From NCBI RefSeq assembly GCF_009914755.1, contig NC_060939.1: a DNA stretch of 64,000 nt; one strand, given 5' to 3'. Below, one piece after another: positions 30,334 to 47,889 of the stretch (position 1 is its first letter; the number at the start of each line of letters is the position of its first letter). The translations under genes were made by a program, and so were the position numbers. This DNA is from the human T2T-CHM13v2.0 reference genome, Homo sapiens. Under the pieces are notes generated by a model, which was not told where the DNA came from, did no database searches, and saw nothing but the letters and a program-made list of their open reading frames with translations.

Positions 30334-30900
30334 TGCGTTTTCTTATTTTCTTTGTTTTTGTGGCTCTGGCACCTGGGACCTCCCTGACTGGGGAGAGGCT
30401 GCCCCTCCCAGGTGAGCCAATGTTAAGAGATGGCAAAGGCCTTGCCCCGCAGCACACCTCTCCTATGCGGAGCAGCCAATCCAGAATCTACACTCCTGAC
30501 TACCCTCTCCAGCTGGCTCTTACTCTCCAGGAGGCAACGTTCCTTTGCCCTAAGCACTTCAGGCCAGGGACCAGGCAGCCGGAGACAGGCCCTGGTACCT
30601 GGTACCTGGTGCCTCTGAGCTGGCTGCCGTTATGCACACTAGCTGGGGTAGGGGGCTGCTCCCCCTGCCCTGCCTTCCCATAGAAACCACCTCAAAGGCT
30701 TTGGCCCATGCTTCCCCTCACTCCTATCTCCAGATGACCGGCGCCTCCCCGTGTGGCCCTGCATGCTGTGCTGGGCCTCCTGTTTCCAAGGAACTGTGAG
30801 TTAAAAAAAAAAAACAACTTCCACCTTCATGACAGTCATTTCTGTGTCTGCGTGTCTTATGACACCTGATTAAAACCGATCCTGGGTATATTTTAAAACA
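30334..30900 (+). mobile_element. MER74/MER73-family ERVL solo LTR
   Basis: ggctgcccctcccagg...gccaatccaga...ccccgtgtggccctgc...ggaactgtgagt...ttttaaaaca. Paralogous to 42868-43572. Confidence 0.65.
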
Positions 30901-31101
30901 GGTGGACAAAACTTTTCCTAAAGGGTGAGACAGAAATATTTTAGGCTTTGTGGGCCATGCAGTCTCAACTACTCACCTCTGTCTTTGCAGCACTAAAGCC
31001 GTCGAAGACAGTACATACATGAGTGAGCGTGGGGGTGTTCCAATAAAACTTTACTTAAAAAACAGCCCAGATTGGGCTCACAGGTCTTTTTCTGGGCCCT
31101 G
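30899..31101. mobile_element. MER58A-like hAT-Charlie element
   Basis: aaatattttaggctttgtgggccat...gtgttccaataaaacttta. Confidence 0.8.
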
Positions 31102-32179
31102 ATTTAGAATATGAAATGTTCCATTTTCCATTTTGGCACACTATGGTTTCAGGAAGAACTCAACTAAAGGAGACATAAATTTAATTCAGAAACTCTGTAA
31201 TTCAATAGGAATCGATATGATTGCTCGCAAGGCTCAATTAATAGGATTATGCTGGGATAGAGTCCTATTTTTTTTTTCTTAAATGATATCTAAGAAAAGT
31301 CAGATCACAGTATGTAACAGCTACACTTACTAGGCCCTGATTCTGCCAATCTCTCTGGTAGCAGAGAGAAGGGTCCTTCTAGCCCCTGTACCAGGAGGAT
31401 AAGATAATGGGTTGGTTTGTTTGCTGCCAGCTCAAAAGAGCAGGACTGCCATGTGGCCATCTGTCTGGATTGCTGCTGCCTGAAAGATACCAGCAGCCTT
31501 AACCGTGTGGTGTAGTCAAGGAAGGCCCTGAGCACAAGACCGAGCCAAGGACTGGAAGGGGTGGTTCCTCTGGAGTCAGGTCTAATGGCAGAAATGAAAC
31601 CGAATTTAAGAATAATCAGCAAGAGGGGCAAGACAGTGCATAGCCTCAGTGTCCTGTCCTCACACACACCTAGAAATCCTCAGGGGCAGGAGGTGGGAAT
31701 GGGTGAGGCCGACAGAGAGGGCCTGGGGTAGGGCGTCTTGGTCCTGCCTTTCCTCTCCCCAGCATGGCTCCAGCATGGCCTGCCTTCCCTATCATCCCCT
31801 AGCCCCAGCCCTGTGCCAGCTGGAGAATGTCAGGTGGTGCTGGAGCACAGCTGGGTGGGGCACCAGTCACCATAAGCACTGCTTCCCTCCTTTCCCTAAC
31901 ACACTGGGGAGCTTGGCGGTTACACCAGAGCAGGGCAGTCCCTACAGGAAACAAGGACTTTCTAGAAGAGAGGAGCTGGGAGCAGCCCTCAGTAGACAAT
32001 CCAGCTATGCAGAGGGGAACAGGCAGGGAACTTCTAGAGCCCAAATGACAACATCTAAGGCTCTCCAGCTTGAGTACCCTTCCCCGACTCTCATCTGGAG
32101 GAGCATCCACCAGAGCCTGTGCTCCAGCACAGTGAAGATGGATGATAACTGCGTGCCCCAGGAGCTTCAGGGAAACTGT

Positions 32180-34780
<2,601 letters not shown>

Positions 34781-37248
34781 TGATGTAGTTTGAATATTTG
34801 TCTCCAAATCTCAAGTTGAAATGTGATCCCCAATCTTGGAGGGGGGGTCTGGTGGGAGGTGTGTGGATTAGAAGCAGATCCCTCATGAATGTCTTGGACT
34901 ATCCCCTTGGTGATAAGTGAGCTCTTGCTCAGTTCACACGCAATCTGGTCATTTAAAAGTGTGTGGCACCTCCCACCCACCACTCTCTCTCTCTTGCTCC
35001 AGCTCTGGCCATGTAAAGTGCCTGTTCCCTCTTTGGGATTTTAAGCTTCCTGAGGCCTGCCATGATTTTAAGCTTCCTGAGGCCTCCCCAGAAGCTGAGC
35101 AGATGCCGGCACCATGCTTCCTATAAAGCCTGCAGAACCATGAGCCAAGTAAACCTCTTTTCTTTATAAATTACCCAGCCTCAGATATTTCTTCATAGCA
35201 ATGCAAGAAAGGGCTAACACAGAAAATCAGTACCAAGGGGGTACCTGAAAATGTGAAAGCAACTTTGGAACTGGGTAATGGGCAGAAGTTGGAAGTCTGG
35301 AGGATTCAGAAGAAGACAGCAAGTGAGGGAAAGTTTGGAACTTCTTAGGGACTGGTTAAATGGTTATGACCAAAATACGGATAATGAAATGGACAACAGA
35401 GTCAAGGCTGAGGAGGTCTTAGATGGATATGAAGAAATTATTGGGGACTGGAGCAAATGGTCACGTGTTTTGCCTTAGCAAAGAGCTCAGCTGCATTCTG
35501 TTCATACCCTAGGGATCTGTGGAAGTCTGAACTTGATGATTTAGGGTATGTGGTAGAAGAAATTTATAAGCAGCAAAGTATTCAAGAGGTGGCATGGCTG
35601 CTTCTAACAGTCTGCATTCAGATGCTGCAGCAAAGATAGGAGTTGGAACTTATATTTAAGGGAAGCAGAATGTAAAAGGGAAGCAGAATGTAAAAGTTTG
35701 AAAAATTTGCAGCCTAGCCATGTGGCAAAGAAAGAAAAAGCTTTTTCAGAAGAATTCAAGCAGCCTGAGGAGCAACTACTTGCTAGAGATATTTGCATGA
35801 CGAAAAGGAAGCTAAATGAGTGCTATTACCTAAGACAATGGAGAAAAAGCCTTGAAGGCATTTCAGAGACCTTCACAGCAGCCCCTCCCATCAAAGGCCT
35901 ACAGGCCTAGTTGGAAAGAATGGTTTCATGGGCCAGGCCCAGGGCCCCGCTACCTTGTGTAGCCTTGGGACACTGCTCCCCACATCCTGGCTGCTCCAGC
36001 TCCAGCCTTGGCTCAAAAGGTCCCAGATACAGTTCAGGCTGCTGCTTCAGAGGGTGCAAGCCATAAGCCTTGGTGACTTTCACATGGTGTTAAACCTGTA
36101 GACATGTAGAATGCAAGAGTGAATGAGGTTTGGCAACCTCTGCCTAGATTTCAGAGGATGTATGGAAAAGCCTGGGTGTCCAGGCAGAAGCCTGCAGCAG
36201 GGGCATAGCCCTCACACACAACGTCTACTAGGGCAGTGCCAAGGGGAAATGTGAGGTTGGAGGCCCCACACAGAGTCCTCATGGGGGCACTGCCTAGTAA
36301 AGCCGTGAGAAGGGGGCCACCACCTTCCAGACTCCAGAATGGTAGATCTACCAGTGGCTTGCACCCTGCACCTGGAAAAGCTGAAAGCAGAGAGCAGCCA
36401 TGGGGGCTGAACTCTGGAAAGCCACAGGGGCAGAGCTGCCCAAGGTCTTGGGAGTCCACCTCTTGCACTGGTGTGCCCTGGATGTGAGACATGGAGTCAA
36501 AGGAGATTATTTTGGAACTTTAAGGTTTAATGATTGTCCTGCTGGGTTTTGAACTTGTGTGAGGCCTGGAGCCCCTTTCTTTTGGCCAATGTCTCCCTTT
36601 TGGAATGGGAATGTTTACCCGATTGTATCTTGGGAGTGAATAACTTGTTTTTGATTTTACAGGCTCACAGGTGGAAGGGACTTGCCTTGACTCAGACAAG
36701 AGTTTGGACTTTTGAGTTAATGCTGGAACAAGTCAAGACTTTGAGGGACTGTTGGGAAGGCATGATTGTATTTTGCAATGAGAAGGACATGAGATTTGGG
36801 AGGGCCCAGGAGTGGATTGATATAGTTTGGATATTTGTCACCACCCAAATCTCATATTGAAATGCAATCCGCCATCTTGGAGGTAAGGCCTAGTGGGAGG
36901 TGTTTGGATCACGGGGGCAGATCCCTCATGAATGGCTCGGGCCAACCCCTTGGTGATAAGTGAGCTCTCATTCTGAGTTCACATGAGATCTGATCATTTA
37001 AAAGTATGCAGCACCTCTGCCTTCCAACTCACTCTCTCCTGCTCCTACCCTGGCCATGTGAAGTGCCTGTTCCCCCTTTGCCTTCTGCATGATTGTAAGC
37101 TTCCTGAGGCCTCCCCAGAAGCTGAGCAGATGCCAGCACCATACTTCCTGTAAAGCCTGCAGAACCACGAGCCAAGAAATCCTCTTTTTAAAATAAATTA
37201 CCCAACCTTAGGTATTTCTTTACAGCAGTGAAAGAATGGCCCAGCACA
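34781..37248 (+). mobile_element. Full-length MSTA-type MaLR provirus: LTR 34781-35221, internal 35222-36817, LTR 36818-37248
   Basis: Two similar direct LTRs (tgatgtagttt.../tgatatagttt...) flank a MaLR internal region with a purine-rich tract before the second LTR. Antisense to OTUD7A. Confidence 0.92.
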
Positions 37249-38000
37249 CCATACATTGTAATTTCCAGTGCTGGCAAGATTGAAGGGAAACACCCGGTTT
37301 CACACATGGTGAGTAGCAATATATTAGGAAAGAAGCCCTAAAATTATTAAGCTAGAAACACACATGTGTTGGCACAGCAAATCCATTCTGGGAATGCAAA
37401 CCCATAGAAACAAAAGCACCAGTATGTAAGATTAGAGGTATAAAGATGTTTCTTTCAGCATTGCTTTCAGTGGCAATTAACAAATAATAACAACGACAAA
37501 AACCCAAGCAAAAACAGAATCACCATGAATACAGCAGTGATCTAAAAATTAACACATTATAGAATAAAATGTAGCTATTGAGAGATTATGTTCATCATCT
37601 CCTGCTCAGTGAAACAAGCACTTTGCAGTGTGCTGTGCATTTGACTCTGATGTGTTTGATTTTGAACAATATAGCAAGAGGAGCAGGAGGAGACCACCAG
37701 AATGTTATCAGCCGTCATTACACTGGTGAGATCTGGGAGGTGTGGAGGCGAATGCTCTTAAGTTTTCCTCATATATCTCTGTATTGTTTCCTTTGTTATA
37801 ATAAGCATATCTTACTTTCATAATGAAGAAAAAGGATAGAGAAGATGGAGCGCATGGGACAAGAAATGTGATGCTGAACAGACTTGGAGACTGTGTTACT
37901 TTGGAAATATGTGAAAGAACTAGAGATGTTTGGTCTGAAAAAACCAAGACTCCAGGAGGAATGCTGGCTTTTACTCACTTATTGGGCTTTTGGGGTCCTA

Positions 38001-38456
<456 letters not shown>

Positions 38457-38646
38457 TCATCATAGAGAAGAACTGTGACAAGAAGGGTTTCCCATTAGGA
38501 CATAAACTAATGAATTTTTACCAGTAGTTCTTGTTTTTCAAAGGGGAAAAATGGCCCTCTGCATGACTCTAAAAGCAGAATTTCACACCCATAAGTGACG
38601 TCCATCTAAAATATGTGACTATATACAGTCTCAGAGCCTTTAGGTT

Positions 38647-38650
<4 letters not shown>

Positions 38651-38694
<44 letters not shown>
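38651..38694. repeat. (CA)22 microsatellite
   Basis: Perfect dinucleotide run, directly visible. Confidence 0.98.
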
Positions 38695-38695
<1 letters not shown>

Positions 38696-39164
38696 CTAAA
38701 CACTGCATCCCTGATCATCACATCCCCCTTTGAAAATCAAGTTGTAGAGCTTACTCTCTGAGGGGAACAAAGCATCAATTAAAGAAAAATGAATTGAAAT
38801 AATTCTCAAAGTTTCTTTGGGCTTTTGCTCAGAGTTTTACTTTTTATTTTAAGCTTAATATGAGCGAAGCAGAAGCTTGGGAGGGATTCTCTTGTTAGTG
38901 AGCTTTGGTGGGAGATAGGCTTCTGAGCTCAGGCCCTGCACCAGGTGTGATGCCAGGCTGGGCAGGTGTGCCCAGCGTGGGTACGCACTCAGCAGGGCTC
39001 CCACCCCGACACGGGGTGCTGGACTGGCACTTCGCAGCACTAGGCACAGCTACACTGGGGAGTTGGAGGCAGCGTGGGCACTCTGATTCCCGACTCTGAG
39101 AGTCAGTGGGCTTGTAACGGCAGGAAGGAGTATCACACACTACACCCGATTCAGTTAGGCATCA

Positions 39165-39440
39165 TCCTATAGCACGATTGGGCAACTATAGTTAACAATA
39201 ACTTAATGTATATTTCAAAATAACTAGAAATGTAGATTTGGAATGTTCCCAACACAAAAGAAATGATGCATGTTTGAGGTGATGGATATCCCAATTAGCC
39301 AGATTTGATCATTATACATTGTAGGCTGGTATCAAAATATCACATCTGCCCCATCAATATACATATTGATGTATGTATATATCAATACATACAACTATTA
39401 TGTATCCATAACAATTAAAAATTAAAAAATTTTAAAAAGA
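39165..39440 (+). mobile_element. L1MA-type 3' end
   Basis: actatagttaacaataac...gtttgaggtgatggatatccc...aattaaaaattaaaaaa. Confidence 0.85.
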
Positions 39441-39644
39441 AATCAAAGAATTAAAAACTTAGCCTTAATTTTAAGGAGCAAATAAAAATAAGCTCTCTTC
39501 TCATCTTTTCCATTTTAAGTTACTGGGAACCCCAACAGATGTCACATCAAGTAAGGATGAGAAGGAAAGGCGCAGAGGCCCATGGTGAAACCTGAGGCTG
39601 GAAGACTGGGGCAGCCACAGGCTACATGTCCCTGATGAAGGAAT

Positions 39645-39895
39645 GCAACCCAGAAGAACAGTCAAGAACACAGGTTCTAGGGCCTGGTTTTGAGCCCTGG
39701 TTCCACCTTCTAACTAATTCTCTGATGGTGAATATATCATTTCATCACCCAAGGCCTTGCATTCCTTCCTGTACAATTAGGATAACACAATCCATCTAAT
39801 GAGAATTCTTATGAGGGTTAAATGAGAAAAGGAGATAGTGTTTGTAAAGTTCTTCCTTTATGGAAAGCACTAATACATGGTAGTTACCATTATTC
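39645..39895 (+). mobile_element. MIR
   Basis: ctggttttgagccctggttccacc...tgagggttaaatgagaa...gtaaagt. Confidence 0.65.
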
Positions 39896-40859
39896 TCATT
39901 AATTATAGGTTTCTGTTTTATGTTTAACTTCCAGCACTCAGAGTTAAAAGCCAGCTAGTAAGCAACGGAGCTGAGATTCAAATACACGGACTTATCTATA
40001 CTCCGTGAGTTTCTCATTCAACTGTTACTAATGCCATCTCCCAAACACACTGAGGCCATAAAGTCCATGGGAGGGCAGTAGAAGCCTAATTCTAACATGG
40101 ATATTTTCACACTTCCTCTTCTGCACCCTGGGACACTCTATGGTCCCTTCACTGTTTCCTTTGCCTCTTCCTGCCCTTAAAACACATGGATTCCCCTAAT
40201 TTTTCTTCTTGCTCTTCTTTTCTCTTAATTTATACCCTCCTTTGAAGATTAATTCCATCTCTATGAGAATAAGCTTAATTCTAGTTACAACTTACATCCT
40301 AAGTTTTAAAGCCAAATATTTGACTATGGGAGATATTAGCTGACTATCCAATTTCTAGTCTCCTTATCTAATTCTATATGTTCAGAATTCTAATTTATTT
40401 TGGATAGCAATACACACAGCTGAAAATATTCATTTTCTCCTGCAGATCTTCAAACTGTATTCCTGTTGTCCTATCTTTCTGTATTTGCTTACTCTGTTTC
40501 TTCTTCCAGGAATAGTTCCTCCAAGCAGCAAGACAGTATAGCTGTATGGAAGAAGACCTTAACCAAAATAATTCAAAGACTGAGGAAGCTTCCTGTGAAG
40601 TTTTTCTTCCAGGATGCCTCAATTTCTGATTATCACCAAAAAGCAAGTTATTGGATTACTAGTAGACACAGATTTCATGGTAAGAACTACAACCTCTAGT
40701 ACAGTTTACTGCTGAAAATGTTTATGCCTTAAACTCCTAAATCATTTGATTTTTTTTCATTGTCTTAAGAGGCAGTGGATTTCAAGTTAAACTTAACATA
40801 TGTATTTTGGCACTCAGAGAGGGATGAGCTGCTTTAATTTAGTACAAAAGTATCACAGC

Positions 40860-42865
<2,006 letters not shown>

Positions 42866-42867
42866 CA

Positions 42868-43572
42868 TGTTTTTTATTCTTTGTATTTTATGACGCTTTG
42901 ACATCTTGGGGCCTTTGTGACCTGGGAGAAGCTGCATCTCCTTGGGCTAGCAAATTCCTAGAGATGACAAACTACTTTTCTGCAAGCCTGCCTTTCATAT
43001 ATAAACCCATTAATCCAAAGCCCAGACCCCTCAACCACAGCCTTTCCTACACTGCAGGCCAATATTCCCCTCCTCTAATCAGCCCAGGGCCAGGTACCAG
43101 ATAACTCAGGACAGCCCCTCCACTTTGGGCCTGCTGGAATTACTCAGACTAGCCAACCCTCAACCAGCTTAGCCTGCTTGCCGTGCCCTGCCCAATCCTT
43201 CCCATGGAAACTGCAACAAAGGCTCTTGCTCTGGTTTTCCTCCTACTCACTCTGCCTCCTGACTGTGAAACAGAAACTGATTAAACTCAGGGGGGAAAAG
43301 GAGTCAAACTGTTTTAGAAATGAAGTTAAATTATAAGGGAGAAAAGAGAAAACAGACTACAGATAGCACAGTAGGAATGATAAAAATGAAAAATAAGTCA
43401 AGTAGCCAACCTAAAACAGAAATACAGAAACAGGGCTTCCCCATGTAGCCCTGTGTGGTATGTTGTACACCCTGCTTCCAGGGAATTGTGAGTAACAAAC
43501 TTCTTCCTTTATAACAATAATTTCCATATCTGCATACCTGATTAAAACAAATCCAAAGTACATATGAAAACA
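42868..43572 (+). mobile_element. MER74-family ERVL solo LTR carrying a foreign insert of about 170 bp (43265-43435)
   Basis: tgttttt...gctttgacatcttggggcc...cagggccaggtaccagat...gggaattgtgagtaacaaac...gaaaaca. Confidence 0.7.
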
Positions 43573-43689
43573 GAAGATATAAGAGGTATGAATATCTGCA
43601 TAGGAAATTAAAAGGCAGAAACTTTATAAAGTGGAAACTACCATGAAACACACTACACTGACACCACAATTACCTAGAGCGTACCATAA

Positions 43690-44077
43690 ACAGCAGGAGT
43701 GACTATAACATGGTAACAAACAGCCTCCAAATCCTAGAGGTCATAACAACACAGGTTTACTTTTTGCTTGTTCCACACATCCACCATGGGTTGACTGAAC
43801 TCTGTGACATAGCTTGTCATTCCAGGATTCAGGCTTATAGAGCAGCCACTATAAGCCTATGACTGTGGAAGAAGGATAAAAAGCCAGGAGCATCTCCCAT
43901 CAAAAATCAAATACTCTGGTCCAGAGGTGATATCTCACCTCTGTTACAATCCATGGCAAGAACTAGCCACAGGCTCCCTCCAAACACGGGGCCCAGGAAC
44001 TACATCCTCCCATGTGCCCACAAGCGGGAGGCAGAGAGCTGGACATAGTCCGTGAAGGGCATTAGTGCTGAATACAC
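43690..44077 (-). mobile_element. Old MLT1 (K/L-like) LTR
   Basis: gtaacaaacagcctccaaat...acaacacaggtttac...ggcaagaactagccacagg. Confidence 0.55.
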
Positions 44078-44222
44078 GGGATGTGAAATGAACACACATA
44101 AATAAATAGCCTTAATCTGTGAAGAAAAACATGTTAGAAGACATAATGGAAGAATATTCCATACACAATTGCAACTAAAATGATAAAGTACTGAGGGATA
44201 TATTTAAAAGAAATGTACACAA

Positions 44223-44942
44223 TGTGAAAGAAAAATAAATCTCAAGACCCCAAAATCACTAAGCCAAAGGGTGTCAGGCAAACCTGCCTCCCATTTTATT
44301 CCTAAATAAGATAGCTAAAAAGATAAAAAACACTACATACCTCCCTCACAATTTGCTCACCAGGAAATTCCTTATGGGCCTCAAGATCTTTCTTTAGGGA
44401 CTCAGAGCCCTAAAACAGTTCTGTGGCATTTTACCCTGGCAATGTAAATTGATAGCTTATCCCACAGGTGTGGGACAAAGGACAGACAGAACTCTAAGTC
44501 ATCTCTCTGCTCACCTGAGACAAATGCATATCTGGTTGCTTCCTCTGCCCTATTGTTTATGTAAAAATTCAGATTTACTGAGTCAGACTAAGGCATAAGT
44601 GATTATTCCTCTACCTGCCTCTCACATGTAAATTGTGTATTCAGTGAAAGGCTGATCAAAGACATAAAAGAATGCAAACTTTTATCTCTTATCTACCTAT
44701 GACCTGGAAGCCCCCAGGTCAAGTTGTCCCACCTTCCCAGACAAAACAAATGTACGTCTTACACATATTGATTGATGTCTCATGTCTCCCTAAAGTGTAT
44801 AAAACCCCACTGTGCCCTGACCACCTTGGGTACATGCACTCAGGATCTCCTGAGGGCTATGTCATGGACCATTGGTCACTCATATTTGGCTCAGAATAAA
44901 TATCTTCAAATGTCTTACAGAGCTTGAATCTTTTTGTCAACA
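44223..44942 (+). mobile_element. MER4-family ERV1 solo LTR
   Basis: TG...CA termini, 4-bp TSD ACAA, AATAAA in ggctcagaataaa. Confidence 0.85.
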
Positions 44943-45004
44943 ACAACATAAATGTGGAAAACTTAGAATATTCCTGAAGGGCATAAAAGTTAAACTGTGT
45001 ATAT

Positions 45005-45951
45005 CGTAAACTGAAAATAAAATCCTAATCCCCACCAACTAACCAAATGAACCCTCTCTGGGCCAAGAGGACCTCAGAGATGCCTGAAAAACTGAATTCC
45101 TGGACATGGCTGGAAGGGAGGTCAGACACACCTTGTAATACCGCCTTTCTTTTGGAGTTTAGACACAACAGACCAGCATTAACATTAAAATAGAGATCAT
45201 AAAATAGAGATCACCAAACAGACTGTGTAGCAATGAGATACCAAATTCCAACCTGACTCTGGTAAGCATCACATGACAGATAGCAGACTCTAAAGGAAAT
45301 CAAATATATTTTACTCCAAAATATATTTCTTTGAAATATTTTTAAATGGCTCTGCAAAGCTATCTTTGTGGGGGAAATTTGCATCTGTAGAGACTCTCCA
45401 TTAACGCAGCTAGCACTTTCCTGGATTCAGGAAAGATTAACTAAGAGTCTGACACGTTGTAAGGTCTGAAACATTTGCGATGTATTCTCTCTGAAGGCTG
45501 CTAGCTGGAGACTTCCTCTACAAAACAAGAGCCTCGGCTTCCACAATCCCCTTATCTTAACTCAAGCATTTCTTTCTACTGACTTCAAATCTTTAGGCAA
45601 AGCTGAACTCTTTCAACAAATTGCCAATTAGAAAATCTCTCTGAATCCACCTATGACCTGTGACCATCCCCACTCCTTGCCTTTCTAAGCATCTTTGAGA
45701 CGTCCCACCTTTTTAAGCTGAACCAATGTATACCTTACATGTATTGATCCATGTCTTTGCTTGTAACTTCTGTCTCCCTAAAATGTATAAAACAAAACTG
45801 TAACCTGATCACCTTGGGCGCTTGTTCTCAGGATCTCTTAAGACTGTTCCCTGGGTCATGGTCATTCGTACTGGCTCAGAAGGGCGACAGAGCAAGACTC
45901 CGTCTCAAAAAATATATATATATTTTACAGAATTTGGTTTTTCCATCAACA
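45005..45951 (+). mobile_element. MER4-family ERV1 solo LTR (second copy, different subfamily)
   Basis: (c)gtaaactgaaaataaaatcctaa...gatcaccttgggc...ccatcaaca. TSD atat/atac. Confidence 0.8.
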
Positions 45952-46415
45952 ATACTATGTTCCTAGTTTAGGAGACTTAATGTTGTAATTTATTCCTCTA
46001 ACTTATACATTTGATTTGATTCCAGTAAAAAAAAAAAAAAACAACACAGAAGCAGGTTTTGTTTTCCTTCCTTGGAATCGGACAAGCTGATTTTAAATTC
46101 ACATCAAAAAATAAGCAAGAATAACCAGAGAAACTCTGAAAAGTAAGTACAAAGAGAAGGAAGGAGCACTCTGAGACACTGGCATGAACTCTACTGCCTC
46201 AATGACTAGTCTCTGATCAGACTCAACAATGGAACATAATAGTGTAAACCAAAAATAAAATTTGAAGGCCCCCCGACAACCATCTAAATAGGCTCCCTCC
46301 TTGGCCAGGGTACCCTAAAATTTAACCTGAAAGACTGGTTCAGGCCAAGGTGGGAAGTAGGAGTCAGACAGGCCTCATTATGCCCTCCTCTTTTTTGGAA
46401 TGCAGGAAAAGCTGA

Positions 46416-46523
46416 CCAGCATTTAACATCCAGCATTTAACATTTAAATATCCACATTTAATATCCAGCATTTAAAAGCTGACCAGCATTTAACATCCAC
46501 ATTTAACATCCAGCATTTAACAT
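46416..46523. repeat. Short minisatellite of a 13-14-bp unit ccagcatttaacat (about 7 copies)
   Basis: Directly visible inside the MER4-type LTR. Confidence 0.9.
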
Positions 46524-46687
46524 CTAATTGGACTTAAGTCTGATAAGAAACATTTAAAATCTATTCTCTCTGAAGCCTGCTACCTGAAGGCTTCATCTGC
46601 ATAATAAAACTTTGGTCTCAACAACCTCTTTATCACAAACCAGACATTCCTTTCTATTAATAACTCTTTCAACCAACTGCCAATTAG

Positions 46688-47080
<393 letters not shown>

Positions 47081-47479
47081 TGACTGATGTCTCATGTCTC
47101 CCTAAAATGTGTAAAACCAAGCTGTGCCCCAACCACCTTGGGCACATGTTATTAGGATCTCCGAGACCTGTGTCATGGGCCATGGTCACTCATATTTGGC
47201 TCCAAATGTCTCTCCAAATATTTCAGAGTTTGACTCTTTTCGTTAACAATGAAAAAGCCCCAAAGAGAATCAAATATGCACAAAATGTTAAAAGACAGTT
47301 GTCGATTTGGGAAAATGTTTGCAACTCATATCACATACAAGAGGTTTGTATCTGAAGAAGGTCAGGTCCTGGAAAAATCTGAGGAAAAAACATGAGGCAG
47401 GAAGTTTGTAAGGGGATTGGGCAGAAAAAGCAGCAGGCCCACAGTGCAGGTGCAGTATATTGTAACAAATACTGTAATA

Positions 47480-47889
47480 AAAAATATCTTTTTCTTTAAG
47501 TCAGGAACTTTCACCTTTTCACTTAAAGGAAGCACACTATGGCTTCTCTTTGTCTTATCCAAATTGCCAGTATCACTGTTCTTGTACTTTGGGGCCACTA
47601 TTAAGTAAAAGAAGGGTTACTTGAACACAGGCACTGTGATGCCAGAATAGCTGATCTGATAACCGAGATGGCCACTTAGTGATGAACGGGTGGGTGACAT
47701 GTTCAGCCTGGACCCACTGGACAAAGGGATGATTCACATCAGAGTGAGATTTCATCATGCTACTCAGAATGGTGCATGATTTAAAACTTATGATTTCTGG
47801 AATTTTCCATTTAGTATTTTCAGATCGTGATTGACCACAGGTAAAACTGAAACCTTTAAAAGTGAAACCGTGGATAAGGGGGGCTATTG
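47480..47889. mobile_element. MER44/Tigger7-derived DNA transposon (one terminus)
   Basis: tttcaccttttcacttaaaggaagcac...ctggacaaagggatgattcacatc...gaaaccgtggataaggggggctattgta. Confidence 0.8.

Noticed and set aside
46416-46523. Short direct repeats with variable gaps, superficially CRISPR-like
   Set aside because: Units are 13-14 bp and tandem, with no unique spacers and no cas genes, inside a primate LTR.
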